Assembly (NCBI GenBank): GCA_002269645.1
Contig: NIVC01002318.1
Location: 1 to 29,143, forward strand
DNA length: 29,143 bases
Direction: 5' to 3'
From: Macrostomum lignano
Lineage: Eukaryota
A model generated the notes under the pieces. The model was given only the letters and a program-made list of their open reading frames with translations, did not search any database and was not told the DNA's origin. Shown here piece after piece: positions 11,997 to 21,604 of this stretch. A program made the translations under genes and the position numbers. Position 1 is the first letter of the stretch, and every line of letters begins with the position of its first letter.

Positions 11997-12205
11997 CACT
12001 AATTGGACCATAGACAATTTTTTAGAATACAGTTCTCTAAAAGAAAAGCTCGACCATGAAGTCTGTTAGGAAGTTAAGAACTAGAAGCAAGAAGCGAGAG
12101 AAATCGAATTAAAAATGCCTCTAATCAACTGAAAAAAACCTACCGGTCGACAGTTTAGATGGCGTCTCGTCTACTGAACTAGATTTTCTGAGTGAACTGA
12201 GCGCC

Positions 12206-13018
12206 GTGAACCACAGTTCCGATGAAATTCTTGGAGATTTTATCGACTACCTGACTAAAATCGAGACGGCTGATGAGGCCGCTGCGGTTTCTAGTGTCGA
12301 GCTTCCAGAACTATCTGATTTACCCAGTGCGATGGATGTTGCCGAACTGGAATCACTGCCGAGCACTACACGAGAACACATGTTTCTGTATGGCAAAATG
12401 TTCGTGGAGTTTTTGAAGAAACATGGTGCTGTGGATGTAAGCGTGATCAGTGACAGTCGCTTGGCCGAATTTTTAAGGTTCTTTTACTTCTGTCTAAAAA
12501 AATCTGACGGCAGTTGCTATTCGCCAGCTACGTTGGTCTGCATTCGTGCTAGAGTGCAGAGGTACTTGACTCTCGTGCTGAAGCGTCGAACAAATATTAT
12601 TTCCAGTGACGAGTTCGCCACTGCCAACCGGATGCTGCGAGTAAAGGTGCGGCATTTTCATGCTGATGGAGGCACTGTCAATCAGCACGAGCCAATAGAA
12701 GAAGGTGATTTACAGAAAATGCGTGCTTATTTTGACCGTTCTACAGCAGAACGGTTGCAAGATGAAGTACTATTTACGCTGCTGTATGTCCTGGGCGAGA
12801 GAGGTCAAGAACACCTGTCAAGTCTAAAGCAAGTTGGCACGCTCCAAGAAGAAGTCGACGCTGATGGGAATCCATATCTTGCGTTGCCGCCGTTAAAGAC
12901 AAAAAACCAGACTAGCGATCCAACAAAATGCAAGGGAAATCAGCGCAAACAGAGTCGGATCTACGGCGCTCAGCGGGAGTTGATCCTGCATTATCAGAGT
13001 TTGTTACCGCAGACTTAA
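12206..13018 (+). mobile_element. Crypton-A/DUF3504-type tyrosine recombinase ORF, C-terminally truncated (first ATG at 12332)
   Basis: Motifs typical of Crypton-A and its KCTD1/ZMYM/QRICH1 derivatives: L.EFLRFFY..LKKSDG..YSPATL..IRA.VQRYL, I....EF..AN..L, HEPIEEGDLQKM..YF, LQ..V.F.L...LGERG.E.L, KTKN, RIY. The ORF stops before the HxxR and catalytic Tyr region. Confidence 0.8.
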
Positions 13019-13874
13019 CAGCTTCATTAAAAAATGCATTAAAAAACGATAGTCTATATGATAATGTCGCTCAATAGTCGGTTGTTCTTGCTTTACTGTC
13101 AATGCGCACTCAAAACTATACTCAAAAATCTACTCAGAACCGACTATTGAACCCCACATTTAGTTTGATCTGTAGAAATATAATAATACCCGGAGTTTGT
13201 GCCATAGAGTATCTCCGAGTTTGAGTGTATTATTCTACGAGTAATTAGTATTGGTAAACTTAGTTATTGGGACGAGTCAGGATGAGGAACTCGAGTGGTT
13301 CAATTCTGCTTTATATCTGACCTTGTTTTTTCTCATTGCAGTAGACTGCATTAGAGTAGACAGGTGAAGGATAGAGTACAGGTAGACAGGCTAGAATTTC
13401 TATAGTAAAAAATAAGCGAATTAATTTTGTAATATTGTGCACCCCAGCTTCACTGCTATTGTCGGCTGCTCCACCATCTAGACTCAGTTATTATCTAGGT
13501 AGACTCTATAGACCCAGCATCTGGCCTGAGGCATAAAAAAAGCATGCTCATACGGCACGTGCAAATGCAGACGGGCAGAATTCTCAGCACGAGTCTACAA
13601 ACTCGAGACTTTTATTTATGGCAGCCCAACTAGTTAACCTGTTTATATGCTATTCGGCTAAGCTGAATGTCGTACGATATTCCTGGGGTTCTTTCGTCGA
13701 GAAGAAACTTAGCTATACACGATAGCTATTTGATTAAAATAATCATCGAATTCCAAGAAATATGAGCATCTGATTTTCATCTGAATTTTCTTTCCTTGAG
13801 TTGGGAGTTCAGAGAGTCTGACAATTTGCTGTGTCAGAATTTCGGCGAATCAAGACCTCGGAAAGTCACGACAT

Positions 13875-14078
13875 TCGAGTTGTCAGGACTTTCGGGTTGT
13901 CAGGACTTTCGGGTTGTCAGGACTTTCGGGTTGTCAGGACTTTCGGGTTGTCGGGACTTTCGGGTTGTCGGGACTTTCGGGTTGTCGGGACTTTCGGGTT
14001 GTCGGGACTTTCGGGTTGTCGGGACTTTCGGGTTGTCGGGACTTTCGGGTTGTCAGGGCTTTCGGGTTGTCAGGACTT
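13875..14078. repeat. 17-bp minisatellite (TCGGGTTGTCRGGACTT)n, 12 units, followed by a diverged GAGTCAGATACATGTACTTTAAAA-type repeat to ~14200
   Basis: Direct tandem units; explains ORFs 13796-14198. Confidence 0.96.
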
Positions 14079-14738
14079 CTAAGAGTCAGATACATGTACT
14101 TTAAAAGAAGTCAGGAATTTAGGGAGTCAGGTACACGTACTTTAAAAGGAGTCAGATACATGTCATACACCTTAAGGAGTTGGGTACATGTAATTTAAGG
14201 AATTCAATAACTTTGAATCGGTACGTCAATTTTAATTTTGAATGGTTTGACTCTGTCCTAGATGAAATTCAATAGAATTTCAATGCCAATAAGCCAACAT
14301 ATTGGTATTAGTTGTCAATTACGTCATTCCTATTAATTCCCCTGAAAGAGAAGGCTTTTGAAACCTCAATATGCATAATGTGTTTAAGGCCTAAATCAAA
14401 TGTTATTTAAGTTTCAACTAAACTTTTAAAAAGCTGCTATCCTTGGGGGGCTTATAAACATCGTTAGTGGGGTGCAATCAGTGCAGAACTTGCAGACTAA
14501 ATGACAGATAGTTTGCAAGCAGAAGGCATCGTATTTTCTGAGCAAGACTTGAGCAGGTCTTAGACCCCATATTGTCTGAGTTACACTGGCTCCAGAATTA
14601 TTTAGCTAATTATTTTGCTGGCAACAAAAGCGGCATTGAAACTGGGTCAAGCAAATTGCGCCAATTACCCAGACACAAGCGGCCGAGAGAACAGAGCAAC
14701 AGGGCAATTGTGGAGTGCCTTGGAGTCTGGGAGTGCCG

Positions 14739-14831
14739 CACGTGTCACGGCAGCGCTCTGGGCATGAATAGGCTATACGAGCCAGGCCTGAGCGGTGAGG
14801 GCCAAACCCCAGCTCACTGGTGTCTATAAAT
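14739..14831 (+). promoter_or_regulatory. Proximal promoter of paralog 2: CACGTG (14739-14744) and TATAAAT (14825-14831)
   Basis: TATA box 95 bp upstream of the ATG; the post-TATA sequence shares GCTCAAGC and GGCAGCCGTT with paralog 1. Confidence 0.68.
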
Positions 14832-14919
14832 GCGCTCAAGCCAGCCAGCAGCCGAGCCATGAGCACCTCTAAGGCAGCCGTTTCTGAGCAGTTCTCAAAA
14901 AACCACTACAAAATTAGCC

Positions 14920-15432
14920 ATGCGTTTCGCCCTGCTGGCCCTCGCCCTCGCTTTCGCTCTCCTGGCGGTGACGGTGCGCGCTGAAGATGCCGACTTCGAA
15001 AACGACAACGACTTCGCCGAGAACCAGGCCGAGTCCTACGATGATGTCGACCAGGCCGACGAAGCTGACGAAGCCGACGACGACTACGACGATGCTGACG
15101 GCCTTGAAGACGCTGACGACTATGTTGATGAGGAGGAGAAGGCCGGGTGCTCGCCGGATCCGAGGACCGAAACCAAGACCCTGGGCGGCAAGCACATCCG
15201 CCAGGAGACCGAGAACATCTCCGTCAAGGGCGGCTGCGTCCGCGTGCTGAAGGGCGGCAACCCATCCAGCTACACCATGGCTGGCAGCTGCGCGACCTGC
15301 ACATCCAGCGGTGGACATAGCCGCTGCCTTGGCGCCCCGCTGGCCATGAGCATGAAGTGCAACATGGTGCTGGGCCCCGACTGCAAGCGGTACTCCGTTG
15401 ACAAGTCGGATCCCACCAAGCCTTGCGAATAA
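14920..15432 (+). CDS. Secreted acidic/cysteine-rich protein, paralog 2 (170 aa; 55-aa acidic tract)
   Basis: Intact intronless ORF with the same signal peptide and identical 8-Cys spacing. The Cys domain matches paralogs 1/3 at 68 of 94 residues (hand count). Confidence 0.93.
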   Translation: MRFALLALALAFALLAVTVRAEDADFENDNDFAENQAESYDDVDQADEADEADDDYDDADGLEDADDYVDEEEKAGCSPDPRTETKTLGGKHIRQETENISVKGGCVRVLKGGNPSSYTMAGSCATCTSSGGHSRCLGAPLAMSMKCNMVLGPDCKRYSVDKSDPTKPCE

Positions 15433-15887
15433 AGCCAGTGATGGATGATTCGCTGAAATAACTTTGCTAATGCTATGACAATTAGAGAGAGTGACTATCT
15501 TAGGCTTTTATAGATTCAAATGACATGATAGGACTGACGTCTTGCCATATAATAACACAACTAATAATTGTTTTCAAAGTAAATCGACGAACAGCTAGTA
15601 AACTAAAGCTGAACTGGAGAATTTCCGATCAAAATTAACAATGTGGACTTTTACAATATTATTGTGTGCTACTATACTACATTTACTGTAAAAGTAAAAC
15701 TCAACTACGACTTGAGTGGAAAGACGCGACAGTCGCATTTCCAGGAAATGCTAGATCGGTTCATTTTAACAAAAGCGCACTACTCGTAAAGTTCGTGCTT
15801 TCGGAGAAATCATTTAAGTAAGCTTATATCAGTTAGTTGCAGCCGTGCACCTGCAAAACGCGCAAAGTTATTAAAAACTCTTGTAAG

Positions 15888-16545
15888 GTACTTCTTGACT
15901 TACTTGACTTCAGCTGCAGGGGGCTCCGGGCATCCGGATACAGAGGGGAGGCGTAGACACCAATTCCGCTAACCCCCTGGTGACCATGGGCAGCTGGAGC
16001 TGTGGTGTCGCGCAGGGAGACCCGGTGGTGCCGGTGTCCGCAGCGCGGTCCCCCTCCCGGTAGCCCTTGGATAGCGAACGAGCTGGCAGAGATTCTCGGG
16101 CCTGAAAACGTCGGAGAGGTCCGGGTTTGGGCCGAGGTAGGTGAGCCTGTCCTGACTGAGTAAGAGAGGCAGAATGGGCATTCCTCACTACGGATCTTTC
16201 CCTGGAGGTGGCGATGCCTGGCAAAACAGCCATGATCCGAGAGGGACGTGGTCACCGCCCTGATGTCCCTGCGGTTGAGTGCAAACAGGGACTTACGGAG
16301 GCTTGTAAAGTACTTTAGTAGTTTACTACTTTCTCGGGGAAATATCGGTACCGGTATAACACAGAAGGTCGTCACATCGTACGGATACACCCTTTTCTGC
16401 ATGGTGCTGCCACTGACGACCGTGGGAGGGGGGAGAGACAGGCGGCGCCCGACTTTTTTGCAGGCTAACGCCGGAGCCCCGAGTTCGGTCTGACCCAGAG
16501 TCGTGCCCTGGCTGTAAGCCTGCTCCGGTTTTTCTTAAGACTTTG
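15888..16545 (-). mobile_element. Degenerate 3' fragment of a non-LTR retrotransposon (I/R1/LOA-like ORF2 C-terminus)
   Basis: The minus strand encodes LFALNRRDIRAVTTSLSDHGCFARHRHLQGKIRSEECPFC, matching the L...HG.F..HL....C..C zinc-knuckle lead-in of such ORF2s. After a deletion/frameshift it continues RLTYLGPNPDLSDVF...LVRYPRATGR. A GC-rich 3'UTR ends in a short CAAGT-like repeat. Confidence 0.65.
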
Positions 16546-16555
16546 ACAGCGTATT

Positions 16556-16906
16556 TTGTTGTTGTTGTTATTGTGTTTCTTACTGTCTGTCTTTTGTTGT
16601 TGTTTTTTTCGTTGCTATTTTCATTATTGTTGTTTTTGTTGCCGTTGCTTTTGCTTTTTTGATATTGTTTTGTCGTTGTTGCTATTGTTTTCGTTGTTGT
16701 TTTTGTTGACTTTGTTGTTGTTATTGTTTTTTGTGTTGTTGTCGTTGAATTAGGATTGTTGCAGCAGTTTAAGTTGTTCTTGCTTTCGTTTTTGTTGTCG
16801 CTGTTGTTTTTATAATAATTTTCAGTTGTAGTTGCTTCTGCCCCCCTTGTTGTCGTTGTTGTTGTTGTTTTTGTTTTTGTTGTTGTTGTTTTTTTTGTTG
16901 TTGTTT

Positions 16907-16971
<65 letters not shown>

Positions 16972-16975
16972 GTTG
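16556..16975. repeat. (GTT)n / (AAC)n microsatellite, degenerate on the left and nearly pure on the right
   Basis: Direct inspection; explains the poly-Thr ORF 16326-17006. Confidence 0.97.
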
Positions 16976-18254
16976 ATTCTGCGGCCGTAAACGTCATAGA
17001 GGCCATTTACATGCGTTATTATAAAATGCTAGTACTCAAACTTTGATTAAATATTTTCTTGAATTCCATCGAGGCCCAGTTAACTAGATCACGAACTCTG
17101 ACTGAGAACAGCGCCAGCAGCGTTTAGTAGCAAAACAGCGACTGCTCGGTCTTCTCTCCTTCTATATATAAAAATCTCTATATTCTCCATAATAAAAATT
17201 CTTCTCTATTCATTTAAGTCTGCATCCATAGTGCACTGCAGAATGAAGCAGAACTCAATGATGTAAAATTGAATAGGCTCTTAGGCTTACAGACAGCTAC
17301 AGAATGCGACCCCTGGCCCAGCAGCCCTGCAATTATTTAACCATGGCTGGACGACTATTAAAAATCTTAGAACTTCAAAAGTAGATGCGTTTTTACAAGT
17401 TACTGCAAGCATTATGATTTTTAGAATAGACAGCCGCAGCAGATTTCCTATGCAAGAGTCTCTCCTAAAGGCTAGTTACTTGTGAGTATTCACGCATTAA
17501 TAAAGCGTTCATTTTTTGAGAAATAGTTTCGCTTCTTTATGGTTGTTATATTGACCTATAAATATAATGACCAATGGATCATTAGTTGTCACTTCATCAT
17601 CATGCTGCGTTTGTTTAAATTATTATTACTATAATAATAGTAAATATAGTAATAATATTGATATTATTATTATTATTATTATTATTATTGTTGTTGTGTT
17701 GATTGTTATGAATCATTTATGATATTATTGTGTTACTTTGAACTAATGAACACCTAATTAATAATAAAAATAAATACAAAAAGCCAGTAAAATATTTTTC
17801 ACGCAAAACAGATTATTTAAACCTATTTATGAAGCCAACATGAATTAAGCCTCATGCGTGTAGCTTATATCATGGTTTTTATAAATTTTTCTATAATTTC
17901 ATTTTTTGTATCTCTCTTTGTGAAATAATATCAAATCAAATTGACAATTTAAAATCGAATGTATTTAAAACACTGTTGGTGCAATTCAACTTTGCTATAA
18001 TTTAAATTGAATATTATATTGGAGTTTATTATACTTTAGAAAGAAAAGCTCAGCGATAACGGGTCCGTGTTCAATTCCGCAAAATCAATAATTCGGGCTT
18101 GTCCCGTGATTACTGCCTATACAAGGGCCAACCCTAAGGCATGGAGAGTGTACATGTACATGCATGTTTGATAAGAAAGCTGGGGGCGCTGTACACCCTG
18201 CGTTATTGTGTGCCCGCGTGTGATCACCGGATGCCTTTGAGTGCCCAAAGCTCA

Positions 18255-18550
18255 ATAGCTAGTCTAGTGGTTAGAGCATCGGACTGGAAAGTCGGGGGTT
18301 CGATTCTCGACCCACTCGGAACAATTTTTGTCTTTGAGCAAGACATTTACATGTAGCTCTGTGCATTGCTTCAGTTCACCCAGCTGTAAAATGGGTGCCA
18401 GCATTAGCTGGGGTAATTCAGGGTGTGTGTGTGGCGACCCCCCAGTCCCGGAGGCAGCCTTCATGTGTTTTGGCTGAGCTGTCGGTTGCATATCTGGTCA
18501 TTAGGGCAGGTGTAATCAATTACTATTATTAATAATTATTGAATTATTAC
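18255..18550 (+). mobile_element. tRNA-derived SINE with a CORE-like central domain and (TTA)-like tail
   Basis: A-box TAGTCTAGTGG (~18260) and B-box GGTTCGATTCT (~18297). TTGAGCAAG...CTCTGTGC...TCAGTT...CTGTAAAATGGG (18334-18395) resembles the MIR/CORE consensus as recalled. AT-rich TATTATTAATAATTATT tail. Confidence 0.72.
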
Positions 18551-18911
18551 TCGTAGCATCCAGCAGCTATGCCTAGCAGGCAGTTGTTTACAAGTTTTCC
18601 AGCGCAGACAGGACCGATGAAGGGTAAAGTTTCCATTATTTTCATTCAAATGGCAACTGTTTATGACGGCTAAAAGCTATGAAGCAGTCCGCCTGTGCCG
18701 CGCCGCGCTCTCTGAGTCAAACAGAAATAGAAGCGCTGCTGTAACCATTCTGCCTCTAAGCCATTCGAGACACACAATGGACAAATTGTTTGTGCAGAAT
18801 ATTGTATAATCGAAAAACATCTCTTACCCCGTGCAGGCTGTGTGAGAGCCGCTCATCATATGGGACCACCTGCGGCACGAGTCTGCAGCGCCCAAGACGC
18901 TTGTCCACCGA

Positions 18912-18964
18912 CACGTGCGGCAATTCACCTCCTCTGCACGGGCTGCTATCGCACCTCTATATAT
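18912..18964 (+). promoter_or_regulatory. Proximal promoter of paralog 3: CACGTG (18912-18917) and TATATAT (18958-18964)
   Basis: TATA-like box 88 bp upstream of ATG 19046; the 11-mer ACACGTGCGGC is shared with paralog 1. Confidence 0.65.
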
Positions 18965-19045
18965 GCTAGCGCTGCAGAAAGGCCCCGGCCAAGCAAAGGC
19001 AGTTGCCTCTTCAGTTGCACAATCAACAGCCCAGCACAACCAGCC

Positions 19046-19513
19046 ATGCGCTTCGCCCTGCTCTCTCTCGCCCTCGCCTTCGCCCTACTGGCGGCGACGG
19101 TGCGCGCTGACTATGCCAACTTTGAAAACGCCGACGACGATTCCATCGAAGACGGGACCGAGTTCTTAGACAATGTCGATGAGGCCGATGAGGCCGACGA
19201 AGCTGATGAAGATGAGGAGAAGGAAGAGTGCTCACCGGAGCCGAAGACCGAGACCAAGACCCTGGGCGGCAAGGAGATCCGCCAGGAGACCGAGAACATC
19301 TCCGTCCGTGGCCGCTGCATCCGCGTGCTGAAGGGCGGCAGCCCGGACGACTACACCACCGCTGGCAGCTGCTCGCGTTGCAGGTCCCGCGGCTCGGGCT
19401 ACTACTGCCTTCCTTCGCCTCTGGCCAGAAGCCTGAAGTGCGAGATGGTGCTGGGCCCCGACTGCCGGCGGCACAAGGTGGACAAGTCCGACCCCACCAA
19501 GCCTTGCGAGTGA
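19046..19513 (+). CDS. Secreted acidic/cysteine-rich protein, paralog 3 (155 aa; 40-aa acidic tract)
   Basis: True start is ATG 19046 (agccATG, homologous to paralogs 1 and 2). The Cys domain is identical in amino acids to paralog 1, with three synonymous differences. Confidence 0.93.
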   Translation: MRFALLSLALAFALLAATVRADYANFENADDDSIEDGTEFLDNVDEADEADEADEDEEKEECSPEPKTETKTLGGKEIRQETENISVRGRCIRVLKGGSPDDYTTAGSCSRCRSRGSGYYCLPSPLARSLKCEMVLGPDCRRHKVDKSDPTKPCE

Positions 19514-20107
19514 ATGAAGAAGAGTTTTAGCAAGCCAAATTAATCATTGTACTATTCCCATACGAACTATAAGTACAGTATGTCTTAACTTTCTTAGGTA
19601 CTCGTATTGTAATGATAAAACGTTCTGTGGTCGAAACTGACCAGCTCAAACAAACTACGCTCATATTTATTGTGTTTTTACTCTATTTGTAACGCTAAGA
19701 GTTTTAAAATGCCTGCTAATTACTCCTAATAAACGTGTTCACCTGTAGTAGGTTGTGAAAGGTAGCTGTAGTCCTATGCACACTGCAACTACTAATCATT
19801 GTTTTTGTGAGTAGTACAGCGTTCAGGTGTTTTGAGCCGTTGAGCCGTTTCTCTGTTGAAGATATACGGCTAAATAATTCCTAGATTTCCAATTTAGCAA
19901 CGAATGTTGATAACGAAAAGAACATAAGGAAATTTAAGCTAATGTATTCGAATAACAATGTTATCGAAAGCTTAAGTAGCTGGTCTTCAGGTATAGCTAA
20001 TGTACCTGGTCAGTTATAGCTAATGTACCTAGTCAGGTATAGCTAATGTACCTTCCTGGTCAGGTATAGCTAATGTACCTTCCTTGGTCAGGTATAGCTA
20101 ATGTACC
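19046..20107 (+). repeat. Segmental duplicate of 8200-9448 (gene + 3' flank + 23-bp VNTR)
   Basis: The 3' flanks align nearly base for base for ~350 bp, apart from a 103-bp indel (19561-19663) and a small TGAGCCGT duplication. Both end in the 23-bp array (~5 vs ~18 units). Confidence 0.93.
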
Positions 20108-20569
20108 TTCATTAGCTATTAATGTAGCATTAATAAGACTGTAAGAAAATGCAACATAGCATTCCAACATTACAATATTAGTTGACCATAGGCCTTATTC
20201 CAGTTGGGCAATGTGCGCAATTACACTAGAGAGCTAGACAGAGATAGTCAATGCTATGCGATATACTGCAAAATACCTTCTCTGATAAGCTTAGCCAGAA
20301 ACTGCGCTAGCCAGGCCTAGCATTGAGTGTCGAGTGTGCAGTGCGAAATCTCCAAATAAATGCAATGCTATTAGCATGGAGGCGTTATACATGTAGGTAC
20401 CACACAGCCGCGCTTGTGAAAGCATAAGAGAGGCCTGAACCAACTCAATCGGTACAGGTGGACACAATAATATATTTCTTTAAGCAGGCTAAACAGAACA
20501 GGTAAGGTTTAATGTGAGTGCTTTTTTAATCATTTAATGAGTTTTGTCATCAGCTCTGCACCGTATTCA

Positions 20570-21455
20570 CCCCATTGAGCCAATTGGCATCTCAGCAACT
20601 CCCCATTGAGCCAATTGGCATCTCAGCAACTCCCACATTGAGCCAATTGGCATCTCAGCAACTCCCCATTGAGCCAATTGGCATCTCAGCAACTCCCCAT
20701 TGAGCCAATTGGCATCTCAGCAACTCCCCGATTGAACCAATTGGCATCTCAGCAACTCCCCATTGAACCAATTGGCATCTCAGCAACTCCACATTGAGCC
20801 AATTGGCATCTCAGCAACTCCCCATTGAGCCAATTGGTATCTCAGCAACTCCCCCCATTGAACCAATCGGCATCTCAGCAACTCCCCATTGAACCAATTG
20901 GCATCTCAGCAACTCCCCCCATTGAGCCAATTGGCATCTCAGCAACTCCCCCATTGAGCCGATTGGCATCTCAGCAACTCCCCATTGAGCCAATTGGCAT
21001 CTCAGCAACTCCCCCATTGAGCCAATTGGCATCTCAGCAACTCCCCCATTGAGCCAATTGGCATCTCAGCAACTCCCCCATTGAGCCGATTGGCATCTCA
21101 GCAACTCCCCATTGAGCCAATTGGCATCTCAGCAACTCCCCATTGAGCCAATTGGCATCTCAGCAACTCCCCCATTGAGCCAATTGGCATCTCAGCAACT
21201 CCCCCATTGAGCCAATTGGCATCTCAGCAACTCCCCCATTGAGCCAATTGGCATCTCAGCAACTCCCCCATTGAGCCAATTGGCATCTCAGCAACTCCCC
21301 CATTGAACCAATTGGCATCTCAGCAACTCCCCCATTGAACCAATTGGCATCTCAGCAACTCCCCCATTGAACCAATTGGCATCTCAGCAACTCCCCCATT
21401 GAACCAATTGGCATCTCAGCAACTCCCCCCATTGAGCCTTTGCATCTCAGCAACT
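20570..21455. repeat. 31-33-bp minisatellite (C4-7 ATTGAGCCAATTGGCATCTCAGCAACT)n, ~27 units
   Basis: Direct tandem units whose length varies almost only in the C-run; palindromic core GCCAATTGGC. Confidence 0.97.
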
Positions 21456-21592
21456 CGGACCCCTTGCCCGAACTCTCAGCCCATAGTAACGGGGCTGCAG
21501 GATGGGGGATTCGGGCACTTACACAATCGCAACTCACAAACTATAGGCTTAAAAACTCCCAAAAGGTCTGTAAATTTTCTAACCAAAAAGCT

Positions 21593-21599
21593 AAAAAAA
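21593..21599 (-). terminator. RNA polymerase III terminator (T7) of the tRNA-Cys
   Basis: Run of 7 T on the minus strand starting 6 nt after the tRNA 3' end. Confidence 0.8.
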
Positions 21600-21604
21600 T
21601 TGCG

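Noticed and set aside
12206-13018. Bacterial or phage integrase/prophage
   Set aside because: The motifs match the eukaryotic Crypton/DUF3504 type, and the surroundings are spliceosomal-intron genes, a SINE and a Pol III tRNA.
13796-14198. (GLSGLSGCRDFRVVGTF)n ORFs
   Set aside because: Products of the 17-bp minisatellite.
16326-17006. 226-aa Thr-rich mucin-like ORF
   Set aside because: Produced by the (AAC)n microsatellite running into the retroelement relic; no signal peptide.
18842-19045. 68-aa N-terminal extension of paralog 3 in the ORF track
   Set aside because: It spans the E-box/TATA promoter. The homologous ATG at 19046 with the signal peptide is the credible start.
8239-19474. Minus-strand ORFs 8239-8646, 14914-15318, 19232-19474 and alternative plus frames over the secreted genes
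   Set aside because: Shadows of GC3-rich sense coding sequence.
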